This document shows positions 51,094 to 60,946 of a stretch of DNA of 64,000 nucleotides, piece after piece. The notes under the pieces are model-generated. The model was not told the DNA's origin, ran no database searches, and saw only the letters and a program-made list of their open reading frames with translations. The position numbers were made by a program, and so were the translations under genes. Within the stretch, counting starts at the first letter, position 1. Each line of letters begins with the position of its first letter. Origin of the DNA: a bacterium (GTDB taxonomy: Bacteria; UBA8248; JACPRG01; G963555815). The stretch lies in NCBI GenBank assembly GCA_965249615.1, contig CBDFMI010000005.1:199462-263461 (forward strand), in the 5' to 3' direction.

Positions 51094-52428
51094 ATGCGGC
51101 TAAAGCGTCATTTGTTAATGGGCCTGGCCATCTGGCTCACCTTGATCTTTGCCATCGGTGCCACAGAATCCTTCGCCCAGGGGGCGGATCTCCTGGACAT
51201 CTTGAAGCGGCGGGGGGTCATCACAGAGGAGGAATTCCAGGAGCTCAAGGGGCGGCAGGCGGAGCGGGCGGCCCAGAGGAACTTTGAGGTCGGCTTCGGC
51301 AAGGGCTTTTTCATCCGGTCCCGGGACAAGCGACGCGAGCTCAAGTTCGACACCCAGATCTTCGAGCAGCTCATGGTCCTTCCAGAAGACTCAGAGGAGG
51401 ACACCACATTCCGGCTCCGCCGGGGCCGGGTGACCCTCAGCGGCCACCTCTTCAAGGATTTCACATATAAGGTCGAATTTGACGGGACCTCGGACCCCGT
51501 TGTGGATACGTCCGCCTACCTCGGTTATGAGCGGTTCAAGCCCTTGAAAGTCCGCTTTGGGCAGAGGAAGGACCCGTTTGGCGGGGAGAAGACTTATAGC
51601 CGGTACAAGCAGTTCTTTATCGAGCGCTCCATGATCTCAGACAACCTGACACCCTCCACCCAGAGAGGGGTCTGGTTCTTGGGGGACCTGTTCAACAAAA
51701 AACTCTCTTATGATGTGGGCGTCACCAACGGGGCCGGCCGGGCCCAGGACAATAACGACGACAAGGATTTTACGGGCCGGCTGATCTGGCGACCTTTCCG
51801 GGACAGCGGCATGCAGGACATTTTACCGCTGGAGATCGGGGGTAACTTCAACATCGGGCACCAGCCTTTCAGCTCTAACGGGGCTCGGACTCGCCTCTTT
51901 TTGCGTGACAACCGGAAGGTCATCTTCAATGCGAGCACCGAGGGGCTTCGCGTCCGAGGTGGCGGGGACATTTTTTATAACAAAGATTACAAGCACGGTC
52001 GCGTTTCCCTCCTTGGGGAGTTTATCTGGCAGCAGAATGAGCGCGAGGGACCTGTGCTGACCGGGACGGGGACCCTCCCCAAGAACCCGGACACTGTCGT
52101 CCGCTACGGCTGGACCCTGTCGGGAGGGGCCCTGCTCCTTGGGAGCCGGAAGAAGAACGGCCTTGAGTTTGTGGCCAGGGTGGAGCAGATCGACGCGGAC
52201 GACTCGGGGAACAACGGCGGGGCCGACGAGCTGGTGGGTCAGCAGTTGACGACCTACGGTCTGGGGCTCAACTTCTGGCCTTATTCACAGCTCCGTTTTT
52301 CCGCGAACGGCTTCATCTTTGACTTTGACCGGGCGACAGACCTGACGTCTGCGGACCCCTTTGAGCAGGAGGGGACGACCTACGGTGTTCTGTTCGCCGC
52401 CATGCTGAAGTTCAAAGGGGCCAACTAA
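51094..52428 (+). CDS. Phosphate-selective porin O/P family outer-membrane protein
   Basis: Signal peptide (SFAQG), Porin_O_P-like sequence ending ...AAMLKFKGAN. AT-rich promoter block upstream. Confidence 0.75.
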   Translation: MRLKRHLLMGLAIWLTLIFAIGATESFAQGADLLDILKRRGVITEEEFQELKGRQAERAAQRNFEVGFGKGFFIRSRDKRRELKFDTQIFEQLMVLPEDSEEDTTFRLRRGRVTLSGHLFKDFTYKVEFDGTSDPVVDTSAYLGYERFKPLKVRFGQRKDPFGGEKTYSRYKQFFIERSMISDNLTPSTQRGVWFLGDLFNKKLSYDVGVTNGAGRAQDNNDDKDFTGRLIWRPFRDSGMQDILPLEIGGNFNIGHQPFSSNGARTRLFLRDNRKVIFNASTEGLRVRGGGDIFYNKDYKHGRVSLLGEFIWQQNEREGPVLTGTGTLPKNPDTVVRYGWTLSGGALLLGSRKKNGLEFVARVEQIDADDSGNNGGADELVGQQLTTYGLGLNFWPYSQLRFSANGFIFDFDRATDLTSADPFEQEGTTYGVLFAAMLKFKGAN

Positions 52429-52435
52429 TCCCATT

Positions 52436-52466
52436 AGGGGCTGGGTCCCTGACCCAGCCCCTCTTT
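52436..52466 (+). terminator. GC-rich hairpin terminator after the porin gene
   Basis: AGGGGCTGGGTC-CCT-GACCCAGCCCCT (12-bp perfect stem) followed by a CTTT weak U-tract. Confidence 0.4.
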
Positions 52467-52564
52467 AGCTCCTTAAAAAGTATTGAAAAAGAAAAAAAGC
52501 GACATGTGCTCCGGGTTGAATCTCAGTGAGAAGAGGGGCGTGTGGGGGATAAGAGGGGGGGCAG

Positions 52565-53050
52565 ATGGAAACGGTAAAAATCTTCAGCAATGTGAAAGGC
52601 AACGAAGCCAGAAGCTTTTACTTTAGCATAGTTTTATTTTGGAATCTGTTTTGGCTCTTTAATGTGATCGACAAGTTTATCGGCGGTCCTACTTTTCTTT
52701 GGTTCGGCGAAGACAGATTTGCTCAATTTGTAAAATACTTCACCTCAATTGGCATAGAACACCCGAATGTGGCTTGGGGGTTTTTGGTCTTTACAACTAT
52801 TCTGGAGGTTACTGCCTTTCTTCTCCTGAGTCCCCCGCTATGGTGTCTGATTCAGGGTAAAGACGAAAAGGCTCATTCTTTTTATTTCTTGGGGACCCTT
52901 GTAGGGCTTGCCGCTTTCACTTTTTTTGGAGTGGGTGACCAGGTTTTTGGGGACAGAAGGGAACTTTGGGAGCATACGACGTTTTGGATAGCCATTATCA
53001 TTTCTTGGGCTGTGTATGTTTTTTGTTTCAAGAAAAATATGCCGCGATGA
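52565..53050 (+). CDS. DoxX-like 4-TM membrane protein encoded in a low-GC (about 40%) segment
   Basis: Hydrophobic 161-aa ORF with AT-rich codon usage, in sharp contrast to neighbouring genes. Confidence 0.4.
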   Translation: METVKIFSNVKGNEARSFYFSIVLFWNLFWLFNVIDKFIGGPTFLWFGEDRFAQFVKYFTSIGIEHPNVAWGFLVFTTILEVTAFLLLSPPLWCLIQGKDEKAHSFYFLGTLVGLAAFTFFGVGDQVFGDRRELWEHTTFWIAIIISWAVYVFCFKKNMPR

Positions 53051-53171
53051 ATAAATGGTGAGTGTTTTAGCTTGCTGAATTTTATAGCGAGGTTCACCAA
53101 TGAGCATGGGGTAAAGCTAAGGCTGGCCAAGAGAAAAGACCGGTGATAAACCCCGGGGGGGCAAGGTGACC

Positions 53172-53978
53172 ATGGAACACAAACATATTTGGCGTTGGCA
53201 GTGGGGAAATCTTTTTGCCATTCTCAGGATAGTGCTGGGCGTCATTTTCATTCTCGGGGGAATCAAGCTTGCCTTTCCCGCTGATCCGGGGGCGCTCGCA
53301 GCGAGCTATATAGATCCTGCCAAGGGATGGATTGCGCCCGTGTTTGCTGAAAGGATCACGGGGACGCTAGGCATCAACATCAGCTTGTTTCTGAAAATCC
53401 AAGGGATCATAGAGATCGTTATCGGTGGGCTGATGGTAATTGGGCTTTTTTCCACGTCCGTCGCTGTCGTCATGGGTCTCATGTATTGGGCGTTTATCAT
53501 CGCCAACCCGGTGGTGGGACCGGTCCGGTTGAGCAGGGACATGGCGCTAATGGGGTTCTCTTTCGCCACGGCCCTCGCAGGAGTTGGGGCTTTGAGTTTC
53601 GACGCGCGATGGCGTGGGCTCCAATCTAAATTCTCTGAGCGGAAGGACGTTATTCTGATTATGGTTCGGCTGGGCTTGGCCTACGCTTTGGTCACGTCTT
53701 CTCTGTTTTTCGGCGGCCCCCTGAACACCTCTCTGAATACGACCATCCCTCTAGTCCTGGTCTTTGTCATGGGGGTCTTGCTTGTCCTCGGTGTCATCCC
53801 CCGATGGGTAGCAGCGGCCGTCTTCATCTGGCTTCTCTTGCCCCTCGGCCAGAGCATCGCCGCAAAGGGGGTTTTTTGGGGGCTGGAAGGGGTGAAGAGA
53901 GAGTTGGGATTGATGGCCGCTTCCTTTGTCTATTTGATGGCCGGTCCAGACCGATGGGTTTGGCCCAGGCGCCGATAA
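53172..53978 (+). CDS. DoxX-family-like polytopic membrane protein (tandem DoxX-like halves)
   Basis: About 8 TM helices. Repeats of (I)LRIVLGVIFILGG / LVRLGLAYALV DoxX-like segments. Confidence 0.45.
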   Translation: MEHKHIWRWQWGNLFAILRIVLGVIFILGGIKLAFPADPGALAASYIDPAKGWIAPVFAERITGTLGINISLFLKIQGIIEIVIGGLMVIGLFSTSVAVVMGLMYWAFIIANPVVGPVRLSRDMALMGFSFATALAGVGALSFDARWRGLQSKFSERKDVILIMVRLGLAYALVTSSLFFGGPLNTSLNTTIPLVLVFVMGVLLVLGVIPRWVAAAVFIWLLLPLGQSIAAKGVFWGLEGVKRELGLMAASFVYLMAGPDRWVWPRRR

Positions 53979-54039
53979 TTTCGAGTCTGTTGTCTCCGTC
54001 ACATCCTTTTGGGTTCCCATCTCGTAACAGGAGGAAGCC

Positions 54040-54957
54040 TTGTCTGTTGTCCTGGTCCACGCAGGGGCGGGAAACCAGGAGGTCTCCTCTCATGGAGAGC
54101 TCTTGGTTCGGGCAGCCCTGGCCGGCTCAAAGGTGATGGCCGAGGGACCTGAGGCTGCCGCGGTGGCCGCCGTCGAGGTGTTGGAGGACGCCCCGGAGAC
54201 CAATGCGGGGAGCGGCTCTTCCCTCAATCTTCGGGAGGAGGTGGAGATGGACGCGGCCCTCATGATCCCCGGGGACTTTGGAGCCGTGGCGGGCGTGAAG
54301 GGGATACGCTATCCCATTCGCCTGGCCCGGGCTGTCCTCAGAGAGTCGAGCCATAAACTCCTGGTGGGGGAGGGGGCAACGGAGTTCGCACGAGCCCTCG
54401 ACTTTGAGCGTTATGACCCCAAAACCCCTCGCCGCAGGGCGGATTGGGAGCAGGCCATCCTTCGCGTGAAAGAGGGCGGGGGCCCAGGCGGGGAATTTTC
54501 GACCGCAACGCGGCAGAAGATCATGGGTCACTACGGCCTGGGCGATACAGTCGGGGCCCTTACCCTCTCCGATGACGGCCTTCTTGCGGCGGGGGCCTCA
54601 ACGGGCGGAATTTTCATGAAGCTTCCGGGCCGCGCGGGTGATTGCCCGCTTCCCGGGGCGGGGTTCTGGTGCACGGAAGATGTGGCCATCGTCTGCACGG
54701 GATACGGGGAGGCCTTCATGCGAACCCTTTGCGCCCGTCGCGCAGAGGAGATCCACCGGGGGGGAAGCGACCTCCTTATGGCACTGGAAGAAGCCCTTCA
54801 GGAGCTTTGGCAAAAGACTCAGGGCCGGGGGGGGATCATGGCCCTCAGTCGCTCCGGGCAAAAAGCCGCCGTTTATAACTCCGCTACCCTGCCTGTCACG
54901 GCTGTAGTGGGCTCCAGGGTGGACAAGAAATTTCTGCCAAAACCTCTTGCCCGCTAG
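54040..54957 (+). CDS. Isoaspartyl peptidase / L-asparaginase (Ntn-hydrolase, plant-type asparaginase family)
   Basis: Autoprocessing/nucleophile region GDTVGALTLSDDGLLAAGASTGG and flanking conserved blocks. Confidence 0.85.
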   Translation: MSVVLVHAGAGNQEVSSHGELLVRAALAGSKVMAEGPEAAAVAAVEVLEDAPETNAGSGSSLNLREEVEMDAALMIPGDFGAVAGVKGIRYPIRLARAVLRESSHKLLVGEGATEFARALDFERYDPKTPRRRADWEQAILRVKEGGGPGGEFSTATRQKIMGHYGLGDTVGALTLSDDGLLAAGASTGGIFMKLPGRAGDCPLPGAGFWCTEDVAIVCTGYGEAFMRTLCARRAEEIHRGGSDLLMALEEALQELWQKTQGRGGIMALSRSGQKAAVYNSATLPVTAVVGSRVDKKFLPKPLAR

Positions 54958-54970
54958 CTGAATGGCCCCT

Positions 54971-55727
54971 TCAGTCCCCCTGTGTACCGGGACTTATTGG
55001 CCGGACAGCTTCTTGGGCCTCCATGAGGTTTTTGAATTTGGCAAGCTGGACCTTGTCCAGGCCTGGAAGACGTCTGACCTTCTCCAGGAAGCGCCCGCCT
55101 TCTCGATAAGCCATCTCGCTTAACTGCGGTGCGACCTCGAAGGCCGCGGTGACCTCGGTCTCAAAGGCCCCTCGGACGAAGGGGCCATCCACCGGAGGAG
55201 GGTGCCAAAGATGCGGCTCTCAACGTGGAGATAGGCCTGAAGCCGAACTGTCTGTTCGTTGCCCAGGTCTCCTCTGGATACGGACTCGAACTTTTCAAGG
55301 ACGTATGAACGCGCCCGAAGGTTGATTCCTAACAAACGGAAGATCGGACGCTCAGAGGTCCCCGTCGTAGGTAGGCCACCCGCTCCGGATGGCGTTCGAC
55401 AACCCAGAAGAATCCGTGGTCGTGGCCATGAGAGATTTGGTAGCGCTCACCGTCCCTGTTGACCTGGAATTCACCCAGATCGAGCCCTCGGCTGATAGCC
55501 GCCGAAAAATCCGGGTGATCCACGAAAAATTGGAAGACAGCGGGGTCGGCCGGGAAGGTGACCTCACGATTGGTCTCTATCGTGGCGTTGTTCAAGATCC
55601 CCTCGGCCATCGACCGGTCTTCCGGCCGATAGGCGTCCAGCGGAAAGAGGACCTCGATCTCCTGTGTCCCTGCGGGGACCCCGAAGAGGAGAATCGCGGA
55701 GACGAGAAGGGGAAGAAATTTGAGCAT
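54971..55727 (-). pseudogene. Secreted hypothetical protein split into three frames (two apparent frameshifts)
   Basis: Signal peptide MLKFLPLLVSAILLFGVPAG. Consecutive ORFs 55329-55727, 55120-55335 and 54971-55192 sit in three frames on the same strand. Confidence 0.35.
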
Positions 55728-55999
55728 TAGACGTCGCCTTTTTTCAGGGGACGCTCGAACCTCTTTCCTATCTTTAATTAACGCTATATTATCATATAGA
55801 TATACAGTAATACTTAATTTAATATATAAATATGTTCCACCTTTCAGCCGCCGGGCCGAATCTCTTATGGTCTTAGCACGTCTGCACCGATAATCTCAAC
55901 GTCTATGGCGTGGTCGAATTGATGGCTAAATTTTGGTATCTTTTCATTGAGCGCGACAGCCAGCGCAGTTGGGCGGGAATTTCAGCGGAGGGAGGCGCA

Positions 56000-56400
56000 A
56001 TGAAGCAGATCCTCTTTTTCATTTCTGTTCTCGCTTTCTTGGCGGGCGTTTTTGGTCTCTCTTGGGCCCAGGAAATCCCCTCCCCGCTGAAGACGGCGAG
56101 CTCTAGCGAGCTGGGCGAAATCCTGACCGGGCCCAACGAGATGACACTTTACATCTTCGCCGTGGATAAAGAGCCGGGCAAGAGCGAATGCAACGGCCGC
56201 TGTGCTCGGCACTGGCCGCCTTTTCAGCCAGCCGCGGGTGCCCCGCACCTGAGGGGTCCTTGAGCGTCATCACGCGCGAGGACGGGACAGAGCAGTACGC
56301 CTATCAGGGCAGGCCCCTTTATTACTGGTCGAGGGACAAGAAGCCTGGCGATACCACTGGGCACAACCTCCGCGGCGTGTTCGCCGTGGCGACGCCCTAG
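56000..56400 (+). CDS. Secreted lipoprotein of the COG4315 / Lipoprotein_15 repeat family (apparent 1-nt frameshift)
   Basis: Signal peptide. Paired motifs GPNEMTLYIFAVDKEPGKSECNGRCARHWPP and SVITREDGTEQYAYQGRPLYYWSRDKKPGDTTG. The frame changes at the C-run 56241-56244 (GCCCCG should be GCCCCCG, giving AGAPAPEGSLSV). Confidence 0.65.
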
Positions 56401-56500
56401 GTTGCGCGGCTTCTCCAACGGACGAAATCGCCCAGCAGCCGGGAAGACAATCTCCATGCGCCGGGAGATCTGGAAAGTGCCCGGCTGATTCGCTAAACAA

Positions 56501-56537
56501 GCGCCCCCGGGGGTTTTTCTCCGGGGGCGTTTTCTTT
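56501..56537 (+). terminator. Rho-independent terminator
   Basis: CGCCCCCGG-GGGTTTTTCTC-CCGGGGGCG followed by TTTTCTTT. Confidence 0.5.
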
Positions 56538-56615
56538 CCGCGAGCATAGCTTCGCCCGCGCGGTGCCGGTATGATGATGTGTCTTCAACTCGTACGCTAA
56601 GGGGAGTCAACGGAA

Positions 56616-57071
56616 ATGGATGGCGTCGTGGAATGGATATATACCGCTCCGGAAGGCGGCGTGGACATGAAGCAAGTTGACGAAATCGAAGCGGTGGCCC
56701 ATGACGGACTCCAGGGTGACCGTTATTCCAAGAGCACTGGCTACTGGTCTGGCACGGACGAGTGCGAGGTGACCCTGATAGAGGCCGAGGGTCTCGAGGA
56801 AATCCAGCGGACGACGGGCCTCCATGTTGGCAACGGTGAGCATCGGCGAAACCTGATCACCCGGGGCCTTAGCCTGGAGAGTCTGGCGGGAAAGCGGTTT
56901 CAGGTGGGCGAGGCGGTTTTGGAATATGACAGGCCCCGGCCGCCGTGCGCCTATATTCAATCCATCACTGAACCGGGTATGACGAGGGCGCTTTTTGGCC
57001 GCAGCGGGATCTGCGCGAGGGTTATCCAGTCGGGCGTGATCCGTGCAAAGGATGCCATTGTGATCCTTTGA
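56616..57071 (+). CDS. MOSC domain-containing protein (YiiM-like)
   Basis: MOSC β-barrel motifs (GLQGDRYS ... GENRRNLITRG ... PCAYI conserved Cys). Confidence 0.8.
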   Translation: MDGVVEWIYTAPEGGVDMKQVDEIEAVAHDGLQGDRYSKSTGYWSGTDECEVTLIEAEGLEEIQRTTGLHVGNGEHRRNLITRGLSLESLAGKRFQVGEAVLEYDRPRPPCAYIQSITEPGMTRALFGRSGICARVIQSGVIRAKDAIVIL

Positions 57072-57087
57072 CGCCCGAGGGCTGGAA

Positions 57088-57546
57088 ATGCCGGCGGAAG
57101 AGAAGGAGAGAACGATGGTGCATATGGCGAGCAGGATCTGGGGTCAGATTGGACTCAATTTTCTGCGCATTATGGCGGGGTTCTTAATCGCGCCGCATGG
57201 CGCCCAAAAGCTTTTCGGGGTTCTGGGCGCGGAAGCGGTTGAGTTTCCTTCTCTCCTCACGCTGGCGGCGGCCCTGGAGCTATTCGGAGGCCTTGCGATC
57301 TTCTTCGGATTCTACACGCGCACAGCGGCGTTCCTGTTAGCGGGGGAGCTGGCCACGGCTTACTGGATGGTTCACGGCCCCAGGGCGTTTCTGCCAATCG
57401 TCAACCGTGGAGAGCTGGCCGTCCTGTTTTGTTTCGCCTTCTTTTTCTTGTTTACGAACGGAGGCGGCAATTTCTCGATTGACGGGTGGCTGCGATGGAG
57501 AGGGAAAGGGCGGATGAGCTGGAGAGAGAGGGACGTGGTGGCGTAA
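57088..57546 (+). CDS. DoxX family membrane protein
   Basis: LRIMAGFLIAPHGAQKLFG ... ELFGGLAIFFGFYTRTAAFLLAGELA, a typical DoxX protein. Confidence 0.75.
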   Translation: MPAEEKERTMVHMASRIWGQIGLNFLRIMAGFLIAPHGAQKLFGVLGAEAVEFPSLLTLAAALELFGGLAIFFGFYTRTAAFLLAGELATAYWMVHGPRAFLPIVNRGELAVLFCFAFFFLFTNGGGNFSIDGWLRWRGKGRMSWRERDVVA

Positions 57547-57561
57547 CGCTTTTTGGGTTGT

Positions 57562-57601
57562 GCCACCTCAAGGAGAGGGGGCGACCAGGGTGGCTTTTTT
57601 G
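57562..57601 (+). terminator. Rho-independent terminator after the DoxX gene
   Basis: GCCACC ... GGTGGC stem followed by TTTTTT. Confidence 0.45.
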
Positions 57602-57860
57602 ATAGCTCTTGTAGAGGCCGCGAACGTGATAGGGTTATCAGCGTCATTCTTGCGATTATCGCAAAATTCACTGGCGGCATTCTGTGGACAGTAACCGCTC
57701 GCTCCTACTTGCGTTTTGCACAAACCAGCTTTCTGGCGGCAGTCGCTCTGGGCGTACTGGCGGCGCTTCTCGCTTAAGTGGCATTCCCAGCCGCTGAATC
57801 TTGTGTGAACGCCCGGGCCATTGACGCCGGAGTCGGCGTCAGCTAAGTATCTACATTCAT

Positions 57861-57937
57861 GCGCCCGTAGCTCAGGTGGATAGAGCACGAGATTCCTAAT
57901 CTCGGGGCCGCAGGTTCGAGTCCTGCCGGGCGCACCA
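57861..57937 (+). tRNA. tRNA-Arg (CCT), with CCA
   Basis: GCGCCCG acceptor, anticodon stem CGAGA/TCTCG with loop TTCCTAA, T-arm GCAGGTTCGAGTCCTGC. Confidence 0.9.
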
Positions 57938-58058
57938 TTTGTCCCCATTTCCCTTGTCTTTTTTCTGGGTGCATATTAAAAAACGAGGTGTGAACAGAGA
58001 AATCTCTTGCCGAGTTCTCGACGTGAACTCGAATGTTTTGTTAGGGAGAAAAAGCTTG

Positions 58059-59045
58059 ATGAGGCCTTTTCGAAAAATAGGGGTTCTCGCATTCAACTTC
58101 TTTTTCCTGAGTGTTTTTGTTGCCGCCGTCGGGGCCGAGCAAGAGGTCTGGGTCACCAACATGAGATCCGGCGACGTCACGGTATTCGACGGCCGGACCC
58201 TCGAAGTCCTTTCCACCATCCCAGCGGGTGATGGCGCCCGCCACGTCTCCTTCAGCAGGGACGGCAGGTTTGCCCTCGTCGCCAACGTGGGGGCTGACAA
58301 CGTGAGCCTCATCGACGCCAGGGCAAGAAAAAAGATGAGCGACATCCCGGCGGGCCCAAACACCCATCACGCCATCTTTCTGCCCGACGGAAGGACGGCG
58401 TACGCCTCGAACATGGGGGCGAACAGCGTCACCGTGATTGACCTCGTCTCCCGAAAGCCCATTAAAACCCTGGTTACGGGAGAGGGGGCTACGATGGTGG
58501 TGTTGCTCAAGGGAGACAAGATGGCCTATGTGCTCAACGCCGAAGCCGGGAGCATTGCGCTCGTGGACCTGAAGAGTCACAGCGTCGTGAAGACTTTTGG
58601 GGGAGGGAGGGGCGCCGAGGTTGCCAGGTTCTCGCCCGACAGGAAGACGGCCTGGATCAGCGCGGGTGAAGAGGATGTCATCATTGCCATTGACACGGAG
58701 ACCCATGAGGAGATCGCGCGCGTGTCCCTCCCGGGGAATCCTCACGGGATCATCCTGAGCCCGGATGGAAAGCGGGCCTACGTGACAGTTCGGCAAAAAG
58801 ATGAGATCGTTGTTTTGGACACCAAAAGCAAAAAAATCATCAAGAGGGCCTCGGTGGGGATGCGGCCGGACATGGTGGTGAGATCCGACAGCGGGAGGAC
58901 GCTCTATGTCACGAGCCGAAACGAGAGCAAACTCCTTGCCATAGACACCGCGACCCTTGAGGTCATTGCCCAGGCCGACACGGGCGACGAGCCCCACGGG
59001 ATCGCCATTCGCCCTGAAAGCGGCAAAAATCCCTGCGGATTTTAA
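58059..59045 (+). CDS. Secreted YVTN-family β-propeller repeat protein
   Basis: Signal peptide. Seven repeats of the approximately 40-aa YVTN/NHL-like unit (VWVTNMRSGDVTVFD, ALVANVGADNVSLID, AYASNMGANSVTVID, AYVLNAEAGSIALVD ...). Confidence 0.75.
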   Translation: MRPFRKIGVLAFNFFFLSVFVAAVGAEQEVWVTNMRSGDVTVFDGRTLEVLSTIPAGDGARHVSFSRDGRFALVANVGADNVSLIDARARKKMSDIPAGPNTHHAIFLPDGRTAYASNMGANSVTVIDLVSRKPIKTLVTGEGATMVVLLKGDKMAYVLNAEAGSIALVDLKSHSVVKTFGGGRGAEVARFSPDRKTAWISAGEEDVIIAIDTETHEEIARVSLPGNPHGIILSPDGKRAYVTVRQKDEIVVLDTKSKKIIKRASVGMRPDMVVRSDSGRTLYVTSRNESKLLAIDTATLEVIAQADTGDEPHGIAIRPESGKNPCGF

Positions 59046-59111
59046 TTCAAGTCAACTCTTTCGGACGCTGCTAGAGGTAATTCTTTTCCCGCTTCAAGGA
59101 AACCCTAAGCC

Positions 59112-60107
59112 ATGACGCTTCAGATCGCCCTCGGCCTTCCGATGGGTTTTCTTTTTGGAATCGTCTTGCAGCGGGGGCGTTTCTGTATGAACACCGCCTT
59201 CCGGGAGGTGGTGGTCTCCCGAGACGCCGCTCTCTTCCAGGCGTACTTGGTGGCGGTGGCCGTGCAAGCCGTGCTCATTCAGCTGGGCGCCTCTCTGGGA
59301 CTGCTTGAGATGTCGCTGATTCCCTTCTACTGGAGGGCGGCGGTGGTCGGAGGGCTGATCTTCGGCGTGGGGATGACCCTGGCTGGGGGCTGCACCACAG
59401 GGACGTGGTACCGCGTCGGAGAGGGGATGATTGGCTCATTTGTGGCGCTGCTGGGTTTCGGCCTTTCGGCCTCGGCGACCCGCTGGGGGCTTCTCAGGCC
59501 ATTGGGGTTGGCGGTCCGGGGGTCGACGCCGCTGGAAATTGGAGGCGAGGTCCCCACCCTGGCGAACCTCCTCAACGTGAACCCCTGGGTCATCATCGGA
59601 TTGCTGGCGGCGGGCGTGGTCGTGTGGGTGGTCAGAAGGCCAGGAAAACCCTCCCTATTTGGGTGGAGCTGGGGGAAGACCGGTCTCCTGGTCGGCCTGC
59701 TGGCGACGGTGGCCTGGTACATCTCCGGCCTCACTGGACGCCACTATGGGTTCTCCATCACGGGCCCGACAGCCAACATGGTGAATTTCGCCATCGCCCG
59801 GGAGCCTGTGTCGCTGAGCTGGGCGGTCTTTGTGGTCCTGGCCATTCCCTTCGGGGCGTTCGCGGCGGCGAAATGGAGCGGTGAGTTTGCTTGGCGCGCA
59901 CCGTTGCCCAAAAAATTTCCTCAACAGTTCGTGGGCGGGGTCCTCATGGGCTTTGGCGCGGTGACTGCGGGGGGCTGCAACATCGGCCACGGCCTGACAG
60001 GGCTCTCGGCCTTCGCGGTGAGCAGCCTGGTGGCCACCGCCTTCACCATCCTCGGCGTGTGGACGGGCACCTACGTGTTTTTCATGCGAAGGGCTCGAGG
60101 GGCGTGA
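59112..60107 (+). CDS. yeeE: YeeE/YedE family thiosulfate/sulfur-compound transporter (TsuA-like)
   Basis: Two repeated halves with the conserved Cys motifs GRFCMNTAF, GGCTTGTWY and GGCNIGHG. Confidence 0.85.
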   Translation: MTLQIALGLPMGFLFGIVLQRGRFCMNTAFREVVVSRDAALFQAYLVAVAVQAVLIQLGASLGLLEMSLIPFYWRAAVVGGLIFGVGMTLAGGCTTGTWYRVGEGMIGSFVALLGFGLSASATRWGLLRPLGLAVRGSTPLEIGGEVPTLANLLNVNPWVIIGLLAAGVVVWVVRRPGKPSLFGWSWGKTGLLVGLLATVAWYISGLTGRHYGFSITGPTANMVNFAIAREPVSLSWAVFVVLAIPFGAFAAAKWSGEFAWRAPLPKKFPQQFVGGVLMGFGAVTAGGCNIGHGLTGLSAFAVSSLVATAFTILGVWTGTYVFFMRRARGA

Positions 60108-60331
60108 CAGAGCGCACGCTTGACCTGCACGGGGCCATCTGCCCGGACCCCCTCCTTCAGGTCCAGTCGACCATGCGAACCCTGGCGAAGGGAGACCGGC
60201 TGGTCGTCCTCCTGGATTATCCGCTCTCTGTGGACACGATTAGCCGCTGGGCCCAGGGCAACGGGCATGAGGTGGTCGAGTTGGGAAAGACAGGCGCAAG
60301 CGGGTGGCGCCTGGTGTTGGTCAGATGCTAA
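60104..60331 (+). CDS. tusA: TusA-family sulfurtransferase (TsuB-like)
   Basis: GTG overlaps the yeeE stop. CPxP motif LDLHGAICPDPLL; 75 aa. Confidence 0.8.
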   Translation: MTERTLDLHGAICPDPLLQVQSTMRTLAKGDRLVVLLDYPLSVDTISRWAQGNGHEVVELGKTGASGWRLVLVRC

Positions 60332-60474
60332 AAACAATTATCACAAAACACTACGCGCCAATATTTAATGTACTAAATTAGGTTTTGAGACTCTCCACCC
60401 CCCATTATGAAGTAGAGAAACAATCTCCCCTTAGACCTTGAAGGCTTTAGTCTCTAAAACTAACCGCCCTGACT

Positions 60475-60745
60475 TAGGCCAGGGCCTCTTTGAGCTTGCC
60501 CGCGGGCGAGAATTTCGGGACGTTTCGGGCTGAGATCTGGACGGGCTCTCCAGTCTTGGGTTTCTCCCCGTCCTTGCCTTTCGATGGCTGACTGAAAAGC
60601 TCCCAAACCCGGACAGGACCACCCTGTCGCCCTGCGTCAGGCCTGAGCGGATGGCCTGAAGGACTCCATCAATCGCTTTCTCGGCCCGGTCCTTTGGGAT
60701 GTCCCCGTAGCTTGCGACGGCCTCGATGATGTCCCCTTTGTTCAC
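60475..60745 (-). CDS. hup: HU family DNA-binding protein (apparent 1-nt frameshift)
   Basis: VNKGDIIEAV ... GFGSFSVSHRKARTGRNP, then the authentic C-terminus KTGEPVQISARNVPKFSPAGKLKEALA in the +1 frame. AACCCA should be AACCCCA (C-run at plus 60558-60560). Confidence 0.75.
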
Positions 60746-60946
60746 GTTTCTCCCTCCTGTTTTGGGCCACAATATCTTCTGGCTTCACCCAATTCTCGTT
60801 CAATATGTGGCCTTTTGGGGGAGTTTGTCAACCATTTTCTGGGCCGTTGGGGGGTCTCATTTTTGGGGAGAAATGAAGGGTTTTTGAAAATCCCACTGAA
60901 AGCGCTGAGAAGAGCCTAGAAATCTCGCGAAAATCGCCAGATTCCT

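Noticed and set aside
58041-58997. 318-aa minus-strand ORF opposite the YVTN propeller gene
   Set aside because: Antisense to a clear repeat-structured, signal-peptide-bearing gene.
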